This document shows, piece after piece, positions 22,707 through 32,100 of a stretch of DNA of 64,000 bases. The translations under genes and the position numbers were made by a program. The notes beneath the pieces are model-generated. The model was not told the DNA's origin. It searched no databases and saw only the letters and a list, made by a program, of their open reading frames with translations. Location: NCBI GenBank assembly GCA_010356995.1, contig ML996688.1, positions 1,302,001-1,366,000 on the forward strand, written 5' to 3'. Origin of the DNA: Trichodelitschia bisporula (Eukaryota). Position 1 is the first letter of the stretch, and each line of letters opens with the position of its first letter.

Positions 22707-23351
22707 TATATAACGGGTTGAACGTCATGACCCATGGCTAGGAGGGGGCAAGTTGGGGGGGAGGGGGGGAGGAGTGGAAAGGGCTACTGCGGCGCATCCG
22801 CATTGCCGAGGGATCTACGCATATTCACGCCGGTGCTAGATAAAGAACCCCGGCCACGATGATGGATGGCTCTGGGCTTCTGGGGTGCGGCTTTGCGGGT
22901 GTGTGGAGGGGGACTGGGGAGGGCATGGAGGCGGGGGAGAGGTGACGAGGGCGGGGGAGTAGCAGTGAGGGGTGAGTGGGTGTACACGATCGAGCAACAC
23001 CATCAACATCATAGCCTTTGGTCCGGCTGGGCCACATGCATTCAATTCGATTGACTCTTATTCCTCTCTTTTCTCTTCTCTCTTCTCTCTTCTCTCTTCT
23101 CTCTTCTCTCTTGTCTCTCCTCTCTTCTCTCTTGTCTCTTCTCTCTGACTCCCCACCAAGCATGGAGTCATCAATTGGACCGTGAAGCTCAAAACATGAC
23201 AACAAAAATGGCTCGTGAAATGGTTGCCGAGCATTGATCTGGGCCGAGTCGGCTGTCGCATGTCTTTTCTTTGGCTTGGGTTCTTATCGATTGCCGAGCT
23301 CCCGCCGCCGTACGCCTCAATGGTCATCCTCTTCCCCGGCACCATCCGAGG
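22707..23351 (-). promoter_or_regulatory. Malate synthase upstream region: TATA-like element and two CCTCGG (FarA/FarB-type) motifs
   Basis: TATATAA at 22707-22713; CCGAGG (CCTCGG on the minus strand) at 22806-22811 and 23346-23351; several SYGGRG CreA-like hexamers near 22880-22940. Confidence 0.45.
23061..23146. repeat. CT-rich microsatellite (TTCTCTC/TTCTC units)
   Basis: Near-pure pyrimidine tract of degenerate 5-7 bp units. Confidence 0.9.
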
Positions 23352-23822
23352 TACCTCTTCCGATACTCTCCGCAGGGCCGGGAGGTAGCCGGAAAGGACA
23401 TGCAGTAGTAGCAGCATATGTCAGAGTGAGCATTCAGTCAAGATAACAGCCAGCTGCAGTCTGGCTCTTGAGAACATGCAGCCCGAACAGCCGGCACCGG
23501 TTAGCGTCGGCCCCATCCATCTCTTATTCCCCAGACTTCGAGAAGGCGGGGATTCTTCTCAGCAAGAGTTGCTACCGTAACAGACCTGCGCACCGGTTAA
23601 AAGCGTGTTGATCTCCCGCAGAACGGATGCTCGTGGCGATCGGAGTTTGACATAAGGGATACGGGTATCGAACTCCTACAGACGCATCCACGCGCCCGCT
23701 CTCCAACTCTTCCCGCTGCCGCTCGCCGTGTCTCGGGAAGTGCGAAAGTGCAAAGGTGATAGGAGAGTATAATAATGGGTGGCTTGCATGTCCACGGAGC
23801 CGCGTCACCCAGGTCGTCTCTA

Positions 23823-23900
23823 GTGGCTTGCCTACGTGGCTTGACTCTCGTGGCTTGACTCTCGTGGCTTGACTCTCGTGGCTTGACTCTCGTGGCTTGA
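23823..23900 (+). repeat. 14-bp tandem repeat (CGTGGCTTGACTCT) x4 plus partial and degenerate copies
   Basis: Four perfect units 23835-23890, a partial unit to 23900 and a degenerate unit from 23823. Confidence 0.95.
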
Positions 23901-24206
23901 AGTGGGATGCCGGATATTGGTGCCTGGTGCCTTAAAACTGCTGAGTAAGCACTTGGCAGCTTCCCCGTGACCCGAAATACGAGCAGTTTCTTGGCTGAGG
24001 CCTTGGCTGAGGTTGCTCGTCCCGCAGACCGGGAGCCAGAGTGAGAGAAGAGAGACCAGTTGGAGACGCTCGCACGACCCACCCACCAAACTCCTCCATC
24101 TTCTCCTCCACAGACTCGCACACCCACGAGAACTGGCCTGCAACAGGCACACCACCCCGTCTGAATTGCTTCAACCCGCATCGGCCTCCCATTCTTCTCA
24201 TCTCTA

Positions 24207-24207
<1 letters not shown>

Positions 24208-24274
<67 letters not shown>
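24208..24274. repeat. Poly-C homopolymer (67 nt)
   Basis: Uninterrupted C run ending about 150 nt upstream of the WASP ATG. Confidence 0.9.
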
Positions 24275-24275
<1 letters not shown>

Positions 24276-24427
24276 CTTCTTCACCAGGCCCACCCGAGGG
24301 AGGCCATTCACCGCCACACTACTTCGACCTCATACCACTCTCCCAGTGACACGAGCCCAGCTTATGGCCACTTCTATCGTCACATAACGTCACTTTACCC
24401 GCATTTCTACCGCCTCTCTCACCAGTC

Positions 24428-26821
24428 ATGCCTTCCATTCTCTCCGAAGAGGACAAGCAGACGGTCAAGCGCTGCGTCCCCAAGCCCTCCAACAAGATCC
24501 ATGCCGTAGCCGTTGCGAGGCTATACGTTGCCTATCCAAACCGCTCGCGATGGACCTATACCGGCCTGCAAGGGGCCGTCGTGCTCGCAAACGACCTCGT
24601 CGGACATACGTTCTGGATCAAGCTAGTTGATATCTCGGTAAGTGCTTGCTGCTGTCATGTACCGCTCTCGCGCTGACGCCTGCCAGAATGCGAATCGTGG
24701 CGTGGTGTGGGACCAGGAGCTCTATGAAGGCTTTGCCTACAACCACGACCGCACCTTCTTCCACACCTTTGAGCTCGAGGACTGCCTTGCCGGCCTGTCC
24801 TTTTCCGACGAGAAGGAAGCCAAGACGTTCAAGAAGAAGATGGACGATCGGGAGAAGAACGCGCATCGTCAGACCAAGGCAACTGCCTTCGCCATCACCC
24901 CAGGCACCAACGGTCACGCTGGAGCGCAAGAAAAGGGGCACCACGGCTTCTTCAGCAAGGTCTTTGGCAGCCACAAGCATGATGGTCCTGTACCGCAAGG
25001 TCGCTCTCCAACGTCGGTGGCAACACCCACACCGGCGTCGAGTCGCGACTCGGTTATAGAGGGCTTGGACCCGAAGCTTCGCAAGGAACTTGCCGGTATG
25101 GGCATCTCCGAGGGCCAGCTGTCCGAAAACAAAGACTTCATCAAGGCCTGGCTTGCAGCGCAGGAGAAGGCTAAGGCGGACACCGAACCGGAGCCGCAGC
25201 GAAAACAGGTCCGCGCGCCACCGCCTCCCCCTCCGCCTGCCAACGGACCGTCGTCAAATCGCTCCAGCGAGATCAGTCCCCAGCATACTGGCAGTACGAC
25301 GGCATCGTCGAGGAGGGGCGCACCGCCGGCTCCACCTCCTCCCCGGAGAGGTGGTGCTTCAGCACGTCAGTCTTCGCCTTCTCCTCCCAGGAAGCCATCG
25401 CCTACGACCACACGCTTCCGCGCTCCACCGCCGATTGCGGATGCCGGCAAATTCGTGAACCAAAATGTTGCGCCCGGTCTTCCAAACCGAGCGCGTTCGT
25501 CATCAACGACTTTGGCCAATCCTGGCCCGCCGCCGCCTCCGCGGCCTCCCAAGACACCCCTGGAGGAGGAGACTCCAGTCAGGAGAAACCCGGTTCCGCC
25601 GCCTTACCATTCTTCGGCCTCCCTCCCACCCCCACCGCCGTCGCGAGGTGCGGTGCCGCCTCCGCCTCCAGCACGCGAGGCATCCCCCTTGATGCCGGCA
25701 GTTCCCGCGAAGGTGCCGTCCCCCGTGTACACTGCGCCGCCTCCGCCCCCCATCCCATCGGCATCCCGCCCGCAACCCACTCACGCGTCGTCTGCACCAC
25801 CTCATCCCCCTCCGGCAGTCAGCGCTCCGCCTCCACCTCCTTTCCCGGCCGCTCGGGCTCCTCCGGCTCCGCCATTCCCCACGAACCTCGTCCCGAGCCT
25901 TCCCCCACAGGCACCACCTCTGCCCTCGGTCCGCGCGCCTCCTGCTCCTCCGCTACCCTCAACCAACGCGCCTCCCGCGCCGCCTCTGCCTTCCAGTCGT
26001 GCTCCGCCTGCACCCCCTCTACCCTCAACCAATGCCCCGCCCGCCCCTCCATTCCCGTCCAACCGCGTGCCACCCGCTCCCCCGCTTCCGACGAGCAACG
26101 CTCCCCCACCACCTCCTCTGCCGTCAAGCAACGCGCCCCCCCCTCCGCCATTGCCGACAAGTCACGCCCCCCCTCCACCACCTTTCCCGACCAGCAATGC
26201 ACCTCCACCGCCCCCACTCCCGGCCAGCAATGCGCCTCCCCCCCCGCCCCTCCCGAACAACAGGATTCCCCCTCCCCCTCCCTTCCCGACGAGCAACGCG
26301 CCTCCCCCACCGCCACTCCCGACAAACAGAGCGCCCCCGGCTCCCCCGCTCCCGACCGGCAACGCCCCGCCCCCGCCCCCTCTGCCGAACACCGGCGCGC
26401 CTCCCCCGCCACCGTTTCCCACCGGCGGTGCCCCTCCCCCACCTCCGTTCCCCATCAGCGGTGCCCCTCCCCCGCCGCCCATGCCCGGCGCCGCTGCCTC
26501 ACTGCCCAAGGTCCCCGCCGAGCGCGGCGGTCTGCTCGCCGATATCCGCGGCGGCGCGCGCCTGCGCAGGGTCAGCTCGCAGGAGAAGCGCGATCGGAGC
26601 GCTGCGCAGGTCCCCGGTGGTGAGGCGGCGACGGCGAGTCCTGCGGCGGCGGCGGCGGCGGCTGGGCCGGCGGATGGCGGGTTGGCTGGGGCGTTGGCTA
26701 GTGCGCTTGCTGCGCGGAAGTCGAAGGTTTCGCATAGTGGTGAGTTGTTCTTGGGTTTGCTGTTTGTGTTGGAGGGGGCTAATTTTGAGTAGATGATGAG
26801 GATGAGAAGGATGATTGGTGA
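24428..26821 (+). CDS. LAS17: WASP homolog, Arp2/3 activator (Las17/Wsp1); exons 24428-24637, 24687-26739, 26793-26821
   Basis: WH1 domain (KIHAVAVARLYVAYP..WDQELY..FFHTFE), long polyproline region, WH2 (RGGLLADIRGGARLRRV), central ALASALAARK and acidic tail DDEDEKDDW*. Confidence 0.95.
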
Positions 26822-27201
26822 AGGGGTTGGTTCGCGGTAAGAGGCAGATATGTGCTGTAAGTGTTAGGACGCTGGTTGTGCATATGGAGGTGTCGGCTTA
26901 GCGGGTAAGGTTTAAATGCTCTCCTCGCTGCATTAGGGTTGGTGTCTAGTCTTGCCAGTGGGCAGGCATGGCGCTTTGCTCGCTTCAGGTGCTGGTACTT
27001 GGTTGGGGTAAGAAGAGCTGCTGGGGTACATGCCTTGTGTTTGCATGTCGAACGTTAAGTTGAGCATGCAGTGGATGATGGATCGGTGATATATTTAGTA
27101 GTAAAGCCTAGATTGTAGTCGTTGAAATGCTTTGTGGCACTGCATGCCTTTCCGACCAATGTCCCGAAACAAAAAAGCCATACTTGCTGGAGATGCATGG
27201 A

Positions 27202-28077
27202 CTACACTCCCTCATCCTCCACCTCCTCAATCTGCACCGCCCTCAGCTCGCGCTCAAACCGCTCCTCCTCAGCCCTAAGATCAACCTCCTTCCCGGCCAC
27301 CAGTGGTGTCTCCGTCTCCCCCTTCCCCCCCGCGCTCTTTCCCTCCCCACCCCCACCACCACCTCCGACCTTATACCCCTCCCTCTCCAACCTCTCCGCC
27401 TCCTCCGGCTCCACCAACCCCCCCTCCCCCCTAACCTTCCTCAACTTCCCCGCCACCGCCTGCGGCACAAACCGCCGCACCGCCTCCTTGCGCAAATCGC
27501 GCACCTGCGGCGCGGCCTCGTACACCGTCACCGGCGCAGCGCGCGGCGTCTCGCTTTGCCGCTCCCCGCCGCGTGCCTGGCCTTCCCGCTCGGTGCGGAA
27601 CTGTTGCTGTTGCGAGGGGAGCCCGCCGCGCCGCCGTGGCACGGGCGGCATGTGCTCCACGTCGAGCGGCATCGGGATATCGCGCACATCGGGGTCCGAG
27701 TCACTACTCTCCGGCTCCCGGAACGCATCGTCCCGGCTCCTCTTCCCCAGCACCCCCCCAGCCCCCCCCTCCCTATCCCCCCTCCAACCCCCACCCCCAT
27801 CCCCCTTCACCCCAAGTGTCTCCCTCGCCCTCTTCACCGCCCCCAACTCCTTCTCCAACCTCTCCAGCACCTCCTTATCCCTCGGACGCAACACGCCACC
27901 ACTAGCATCGCGCACCGCAACCAGCTCATCAATTTGTTTCTGCAGGCGTGCCGGGTTCCGCTTGCTCAGTTTTTCGGCGCGCTGCGCGGCGAGCGCGGCT
28001 TTGGATTTTTTGATGGACTTGTTTTTGGCGGCTTTGAGGGCGGCGGTGGCGGGGTTGACGGCGCGGTCTTTGGCCAT
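27202..28077 (-). CDS. WW-domain-binding protein 11 (Wbp11)-like splicing factor
   Basis: N-terminus MAKDRAVNPATAALKAAKNKSIKKSK..KRNPARLQKQI, plus IPMP and YEAAPQVRDLRKEA..FVP motifs. Confidence 0.8.
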   Translation of the reverse strand: MAKDRAVNPATAALKAAKNKSIKKSKAALAAQRAEKLSKRNPARLQKQIDELVAVRDASGGVLRPRDKEVLERLEKELGAVKRARETLGVKGDGGGGWRGDREGGAGGVLGKRSRDDAFREPESSDSDPDVRDIPMPLDVEHMPPVPRRRGGLPSQQQQFRTEREGQARGGERQSETPRAAPVTVYEAAPQVRDLRKEAVRRFVPQAVAGKLRKVRGEGGLVEPEEAERLEREGYKVGGGGGGGEGKSAGGKGETETPLVAGKEVDLRAEEERFERELRAVQIEEVEDEGV

Positions 28078-28650
28078 GGTTGCGGTTGTGGTATCTCGTT
28101 TCGGGGGGGGTTGTGAGAGTTTTTGAGGCGTGGAGGGGTGGAGGATGCGGTGTTGCGGTTGTGCTTGCGGGTGCGACGAGGCGTGATGTCAAGACGATGA
28201 GCCGCAACGCAACGCGCCAAGATGTCAAACTTGGCACTAGGCACGCTTGGCTCCTGCGTCAGGCATCCACAGACGTCATCGCTTCAGCCTTGTTTGAGCA
28301 ACTTCCTTCATGCAAGCTTTGCTTCGCGGCAACAGAGTCCTGTAAACATTTGCAATGTGACTACCAGTCGATGAAGCTTAAATATGGCTCCAATTTGCAT
28401 GTTAGAGGTCTTGAACACCTTCACTTCAACAAAAGAGGGATCAACGAGTAGTCACAGCAGAGCACATCGATGACATCAGCATAAGAGGTAAAGAAAAACG
28501 GTCAAGTCGTCAATTCATTGCCTTCAGGGTATATGGATACACAGCGCGCATTCTATCCCCCTTCGTCGCAGACAAGACTACCACAGCCAACCAGAGACCA
28601 GTCAAAGCCGCAGCACATCAAAGTCCACCTGAGCCACGCACACTGGTGCT

Positions 28651-29001
28651 CTACTTCTTGCCAGACAGAGTGTCGGTCACCGACTGAGCGGTGCTGGAGA
28701 TGGTCTCCTGAGCAGACTGGAGGACACCCTTGGACTGCAAAGCGTCGTTAGCCTGTGTGACATTATGTGGAATTGAGACGCGGCATCGTACCTGGCTCTC
28801 GGCATCGTCGCTACCGCCACGGACGGAGTCACCCAGCTTCTGAGAGGTCGACTTCTCGCTCTCGGGCTGCAGAGCACCGGCAGCGCGGTCGTAGGCGCCA
28901 GTGGCAGTCTCAGCGGTCTGGTCGAGGACCGACTTCTGGGAGTCGGGGGTGGCCTTCTCCTTGGCCTGGGTGGTGAAATCCTTGCGACCGGCTTCAGACA
29001 T
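28651..29001 (-). CDS. HSP12: Heat shock protein Hsp9/Hsp12 family (exons 29001-28792, 28734-28651)
   Basis: MSEAGRKDFTTQAKEKATPDSQKS..QPESEKSTSQKLGD signature; 57-nt intron GTACG..GCTAAC..CAG. Confidence 0.93.
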   Translation of the reverse strand: MSEAGRKDFTTQAKEKATPDSQKSVLDQTAETATGAYDRAAGALQPESEKSTSQKLGDSVRGGSDDAESQVRCRVSIPHNVTQANDALQSKGVLQSAQETISSTAQSVTDTLSGKK

Positions 29002-29153
29002 GGTGAATGTGTTGATTGAAGTGAGTTTGGAGGTACGTGTGTGTGAAGTTGTGTGTGATTGAAAGGCTTTTTAGAGGAATCAGAGTGTGTTGTTGATGGG
29101 AGGAAAGAAGACGAGTGGTGGAGTGGGGCTGCCTTTAAGTATGCGAGGCGCTG

Positions 29154-29198
29154 AGGGGCCAGCTTGCCTACGCGGGGTTGTGACGTCACGGAGAGGGG
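29154..29198 (-). promoter_or_regulatory. HSP12 promoter: CRE/Atf1 palindrome flanked by two STREs
   Basis: TGACGTCA at 29181-29188; AGGGG (CCCCT) at 29154-29158 and 29194-29198; 150-200 nt upstream of the ATG. Confidence 0.6.
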
Positions 29199-32100
29199 TC
29201 GCGCCTTCGCCAATTCAAGGTGTCGTCTTTGACAGCAGGCAGGTGCGCAGCAAGCAGACGGGCAGCTGGCAGTCGCGCACCCTTGACTGTTGCCACCCCG
29301 TGAACAAGATGCGGGACAGGGTAAACGAACAAACGTCATCGCCCCCACCCGAGCGGCCGCCTGCCATTCGTCCATTGTCAAATCGCCGTGACCTCTTTGA
29401 GAGCTACGCAACGTACAAGCCACGACCAAGCAGAACTGGTCTGGGCTATGACGATAGACGCGCATGCAGGCCCCCATTATGGATGAGACTGACGTCGTTG
29501 GACGAGGCTGCGCTGCCCATATCTTGGAACAACCTCAGGGTTGTCAGAGGAGTAGGTGTGGCGAGTGATGTCTGTTTGAGATAGACTTGAGACAGTGCCC
29601 TGCACGTTGGCTCATGACCTCCAAGGCGTGATGGCAATTTGGAGATGCCGATCGCCGTCAACATGGCATATTTGACGCGTTTCCCATTGCTATCGGACAA
29701 TCTTCGGTTGGACACCTCCTCCGATATCGCTGTGCCGTTGTCGGGGCAGGCACTTGAGAGGCAACGACGGGTAGTTTAGGGCCGGGCATTGTTGAACGGA
29801 AAGCTTTCACCTATTGCCACAATGTGTTCGGGAAGTCCAAGCTACAGTCATAGTTCTAAAGGATCTGGGCATTCCATGGCTGCGGCCTGGGAAAGCGACC
29901 AAATATCGACCGGATCCAAGGAGAATTGTCAGTAAAACAAAGCAGATGGGGGAGTCAAATCCCTCAAGGGCATGCCGAGATATCAAGCTGGCAGGATTCA
30001 AAGCCAAAGGCAGCGCGGTTCCGAGACGCCTTCGCATCGGCGATATCGTCCAGCCTTGAGGCCAAAATAGGTTGAAACTAGCCCACCATGATAGGCCGGA
30101 TCAAGGTCCGCCAATGCACAAGGCTGCAGAAAACCTCCTGAGTGGCTGCATCTCCTGTAAACACTCCGGCTTCATGATTCGAACCCCATCAGCTAGCAGT
30201 GCGGACCACGAATTCCAGTTGTCAACAACAGCGCGGCCCCTGAGATAATCCATGCCGCGTCGATATCTGCCCCTGGATGCGGCCGCAGAAAACGTGGGGA
30301 GCGCGGGAGTGCGGGAGGTCAAAATAGAGACGAAATTAAAGGATGCAAGCACGAGCATTGTGCGCTTCACAGCCTTGCAGGCGCCATGAGACTAGCACAT
30401 TTGTGTGCAGTCGTGGCGGCTGGCTTGCGCTCTAACAGGCCATAGACAGTTGTGGGCTTCGGGCGCCAGCGCCATCCGTGGCGGCAGTCCACACAGTAAA
30501 CTTCGATCAGTAGATCTTGACGCATCGTTTTGCGGCTGACTTTTATTTTATCCGTGTGGAAGACGGCAATGGCGCTTGATTAGAGGTGGAGACGATGACT
30601 GTGTCGCCAATTCTCGTGACATTTCACCGAGATACGATGCAAGTGGTCCCCGCACTTTCAGTTCCAGCCACCTGCCCCAATGGTTCAGAAAGAGCCTAGG
30701 ACAGACTTTCCTGCAGCCATCTGTATCGGCGGTTGTTGCTTTGGGAATGGGCGCGGTAAGCTCTGGGGGCTTTTTCGTTCGTATCAGATGCGCTTGACGG
30801 ACCCGACACACTGGAATCGACTACTGGAAGCTCCCTCTCACCCCAGTCATGCGCGGAGCTTCCCTTAAGCTTGGAGGAGGGAGTGGGTGAAAGGTTACAC
30901 TCGCACAGTCAGCCACATAGACCAAGGAGGCATGCTAACATGCGACAACACGTGGTCCGCGGCTATTCTCCGCGACCACGCATCACTGGGAGATCCTTTA
31001 GCGATCGTAATCGTATCGGGGATGTACGTAATACGCCAACTTTAGATGCGGAGTTCCTCGGCTAGCTGACCTAATCGCATCACGCAAAGCATCGTCCATA
31101 TTCAAACCATTTCAGCCGACCAGCTAGTGGCCCATGGGATGATGAGATCCGCTGATTCTCACGCCGTCAAAAGTCTATGCGGCCAGCAAAAGGCGCCAGC
31201 TACTCGCGGAGCACTTGGTGCTGCAGTGCATGCCAAGCTATCCCAAACAGCGGAACTTCTGGTGGACACGGCGGGGCCGCAACGAACGGAGAATCTTATC
31301 GACCACCTTTATAGCTGGAAAAGTATGCTTTCGCCTACTGTCTCGCTTACAGGTTACAAGTCTCTTCTGGCGGGTACCAAAGACGATGCTTGTCAGACAT
31401 CGGAGATAGGAGAAGTGGGCTAGGGTGGGGCGTATCATTGCATGCTCCGCACTTCTCTTCAAGCAGGGTCTCTCCCCCGGCATATTTGTCCCATTCGGAC
31501 AAATTTCTACAAATCCCATGGAGTGCAAGGGTGCCTTGGAAGACATCGCCTCGGGGCCTGGCTGCCTACAAAGCCGCATTAGAATCAGCCTAGCGAGGCC
31601 CCTCACCGAGGGCATCTGCAGCGGCCTCTTACCCGGAACAAAGCATACTCTGCGGTAGGTTTGTCCGCCCGGTACCGCCACGACCCAGTAATTTAGTGCG
31701 CTACGCAGGAAGCACGGAGAGTCGACACATCACGCCGCTGATTAGTGGTCGTGATGCTATAGTCGCTAAACTTGGCCTTTACTGGAACGGAGCTTTACCG
31801 CGGCCAGGATTCTGGATTTGATCTGCAAGGCACGAGGAAGTGGACTGTGTCAAATCACCCAGAGAATCGGCTTTCCGGCCGAGAAGCAGGTAAGCGGCAA
31901 AGTGATCTGTAGCTTGGAGTGGTGAGAGGCCAAAGTCCGAGGAGATTCCACCTCTGCTGAACAGGAAATATCCTCCTACTTCATACCGAGCTCCCAAAAG
32001 GACCTCGGGGTTCGCATGGCATGAGGTTGATTCAGACGCACAGCAGAGACATCTCATATCAGACGGATACCAGAGTGCTTTCGTCAGCGGCTGGCCTTTC

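Noticed and set aside
23655..23685. tRNA-like GTTCGA motifs (here and at about 13674, 19324, 30179 and 48789)
   Set aside because: No T-stem or cloverleaf pairing around any of them.
23823..23900. CRISPR-like array
   Set aside because: Direct tandem repeats with no spacers, no cas genes and a eukaryotic context.
27122..28126. Long plus-strand ORFs (334 and 329 aa) antisense to WBP11, and similar shadow ORFs over GCN2, malate synthase, GAD and fasciclin
   Set aside because: Explained by GC-rich codon bias on the coding strand; the translations are low-complexity with no motifs.
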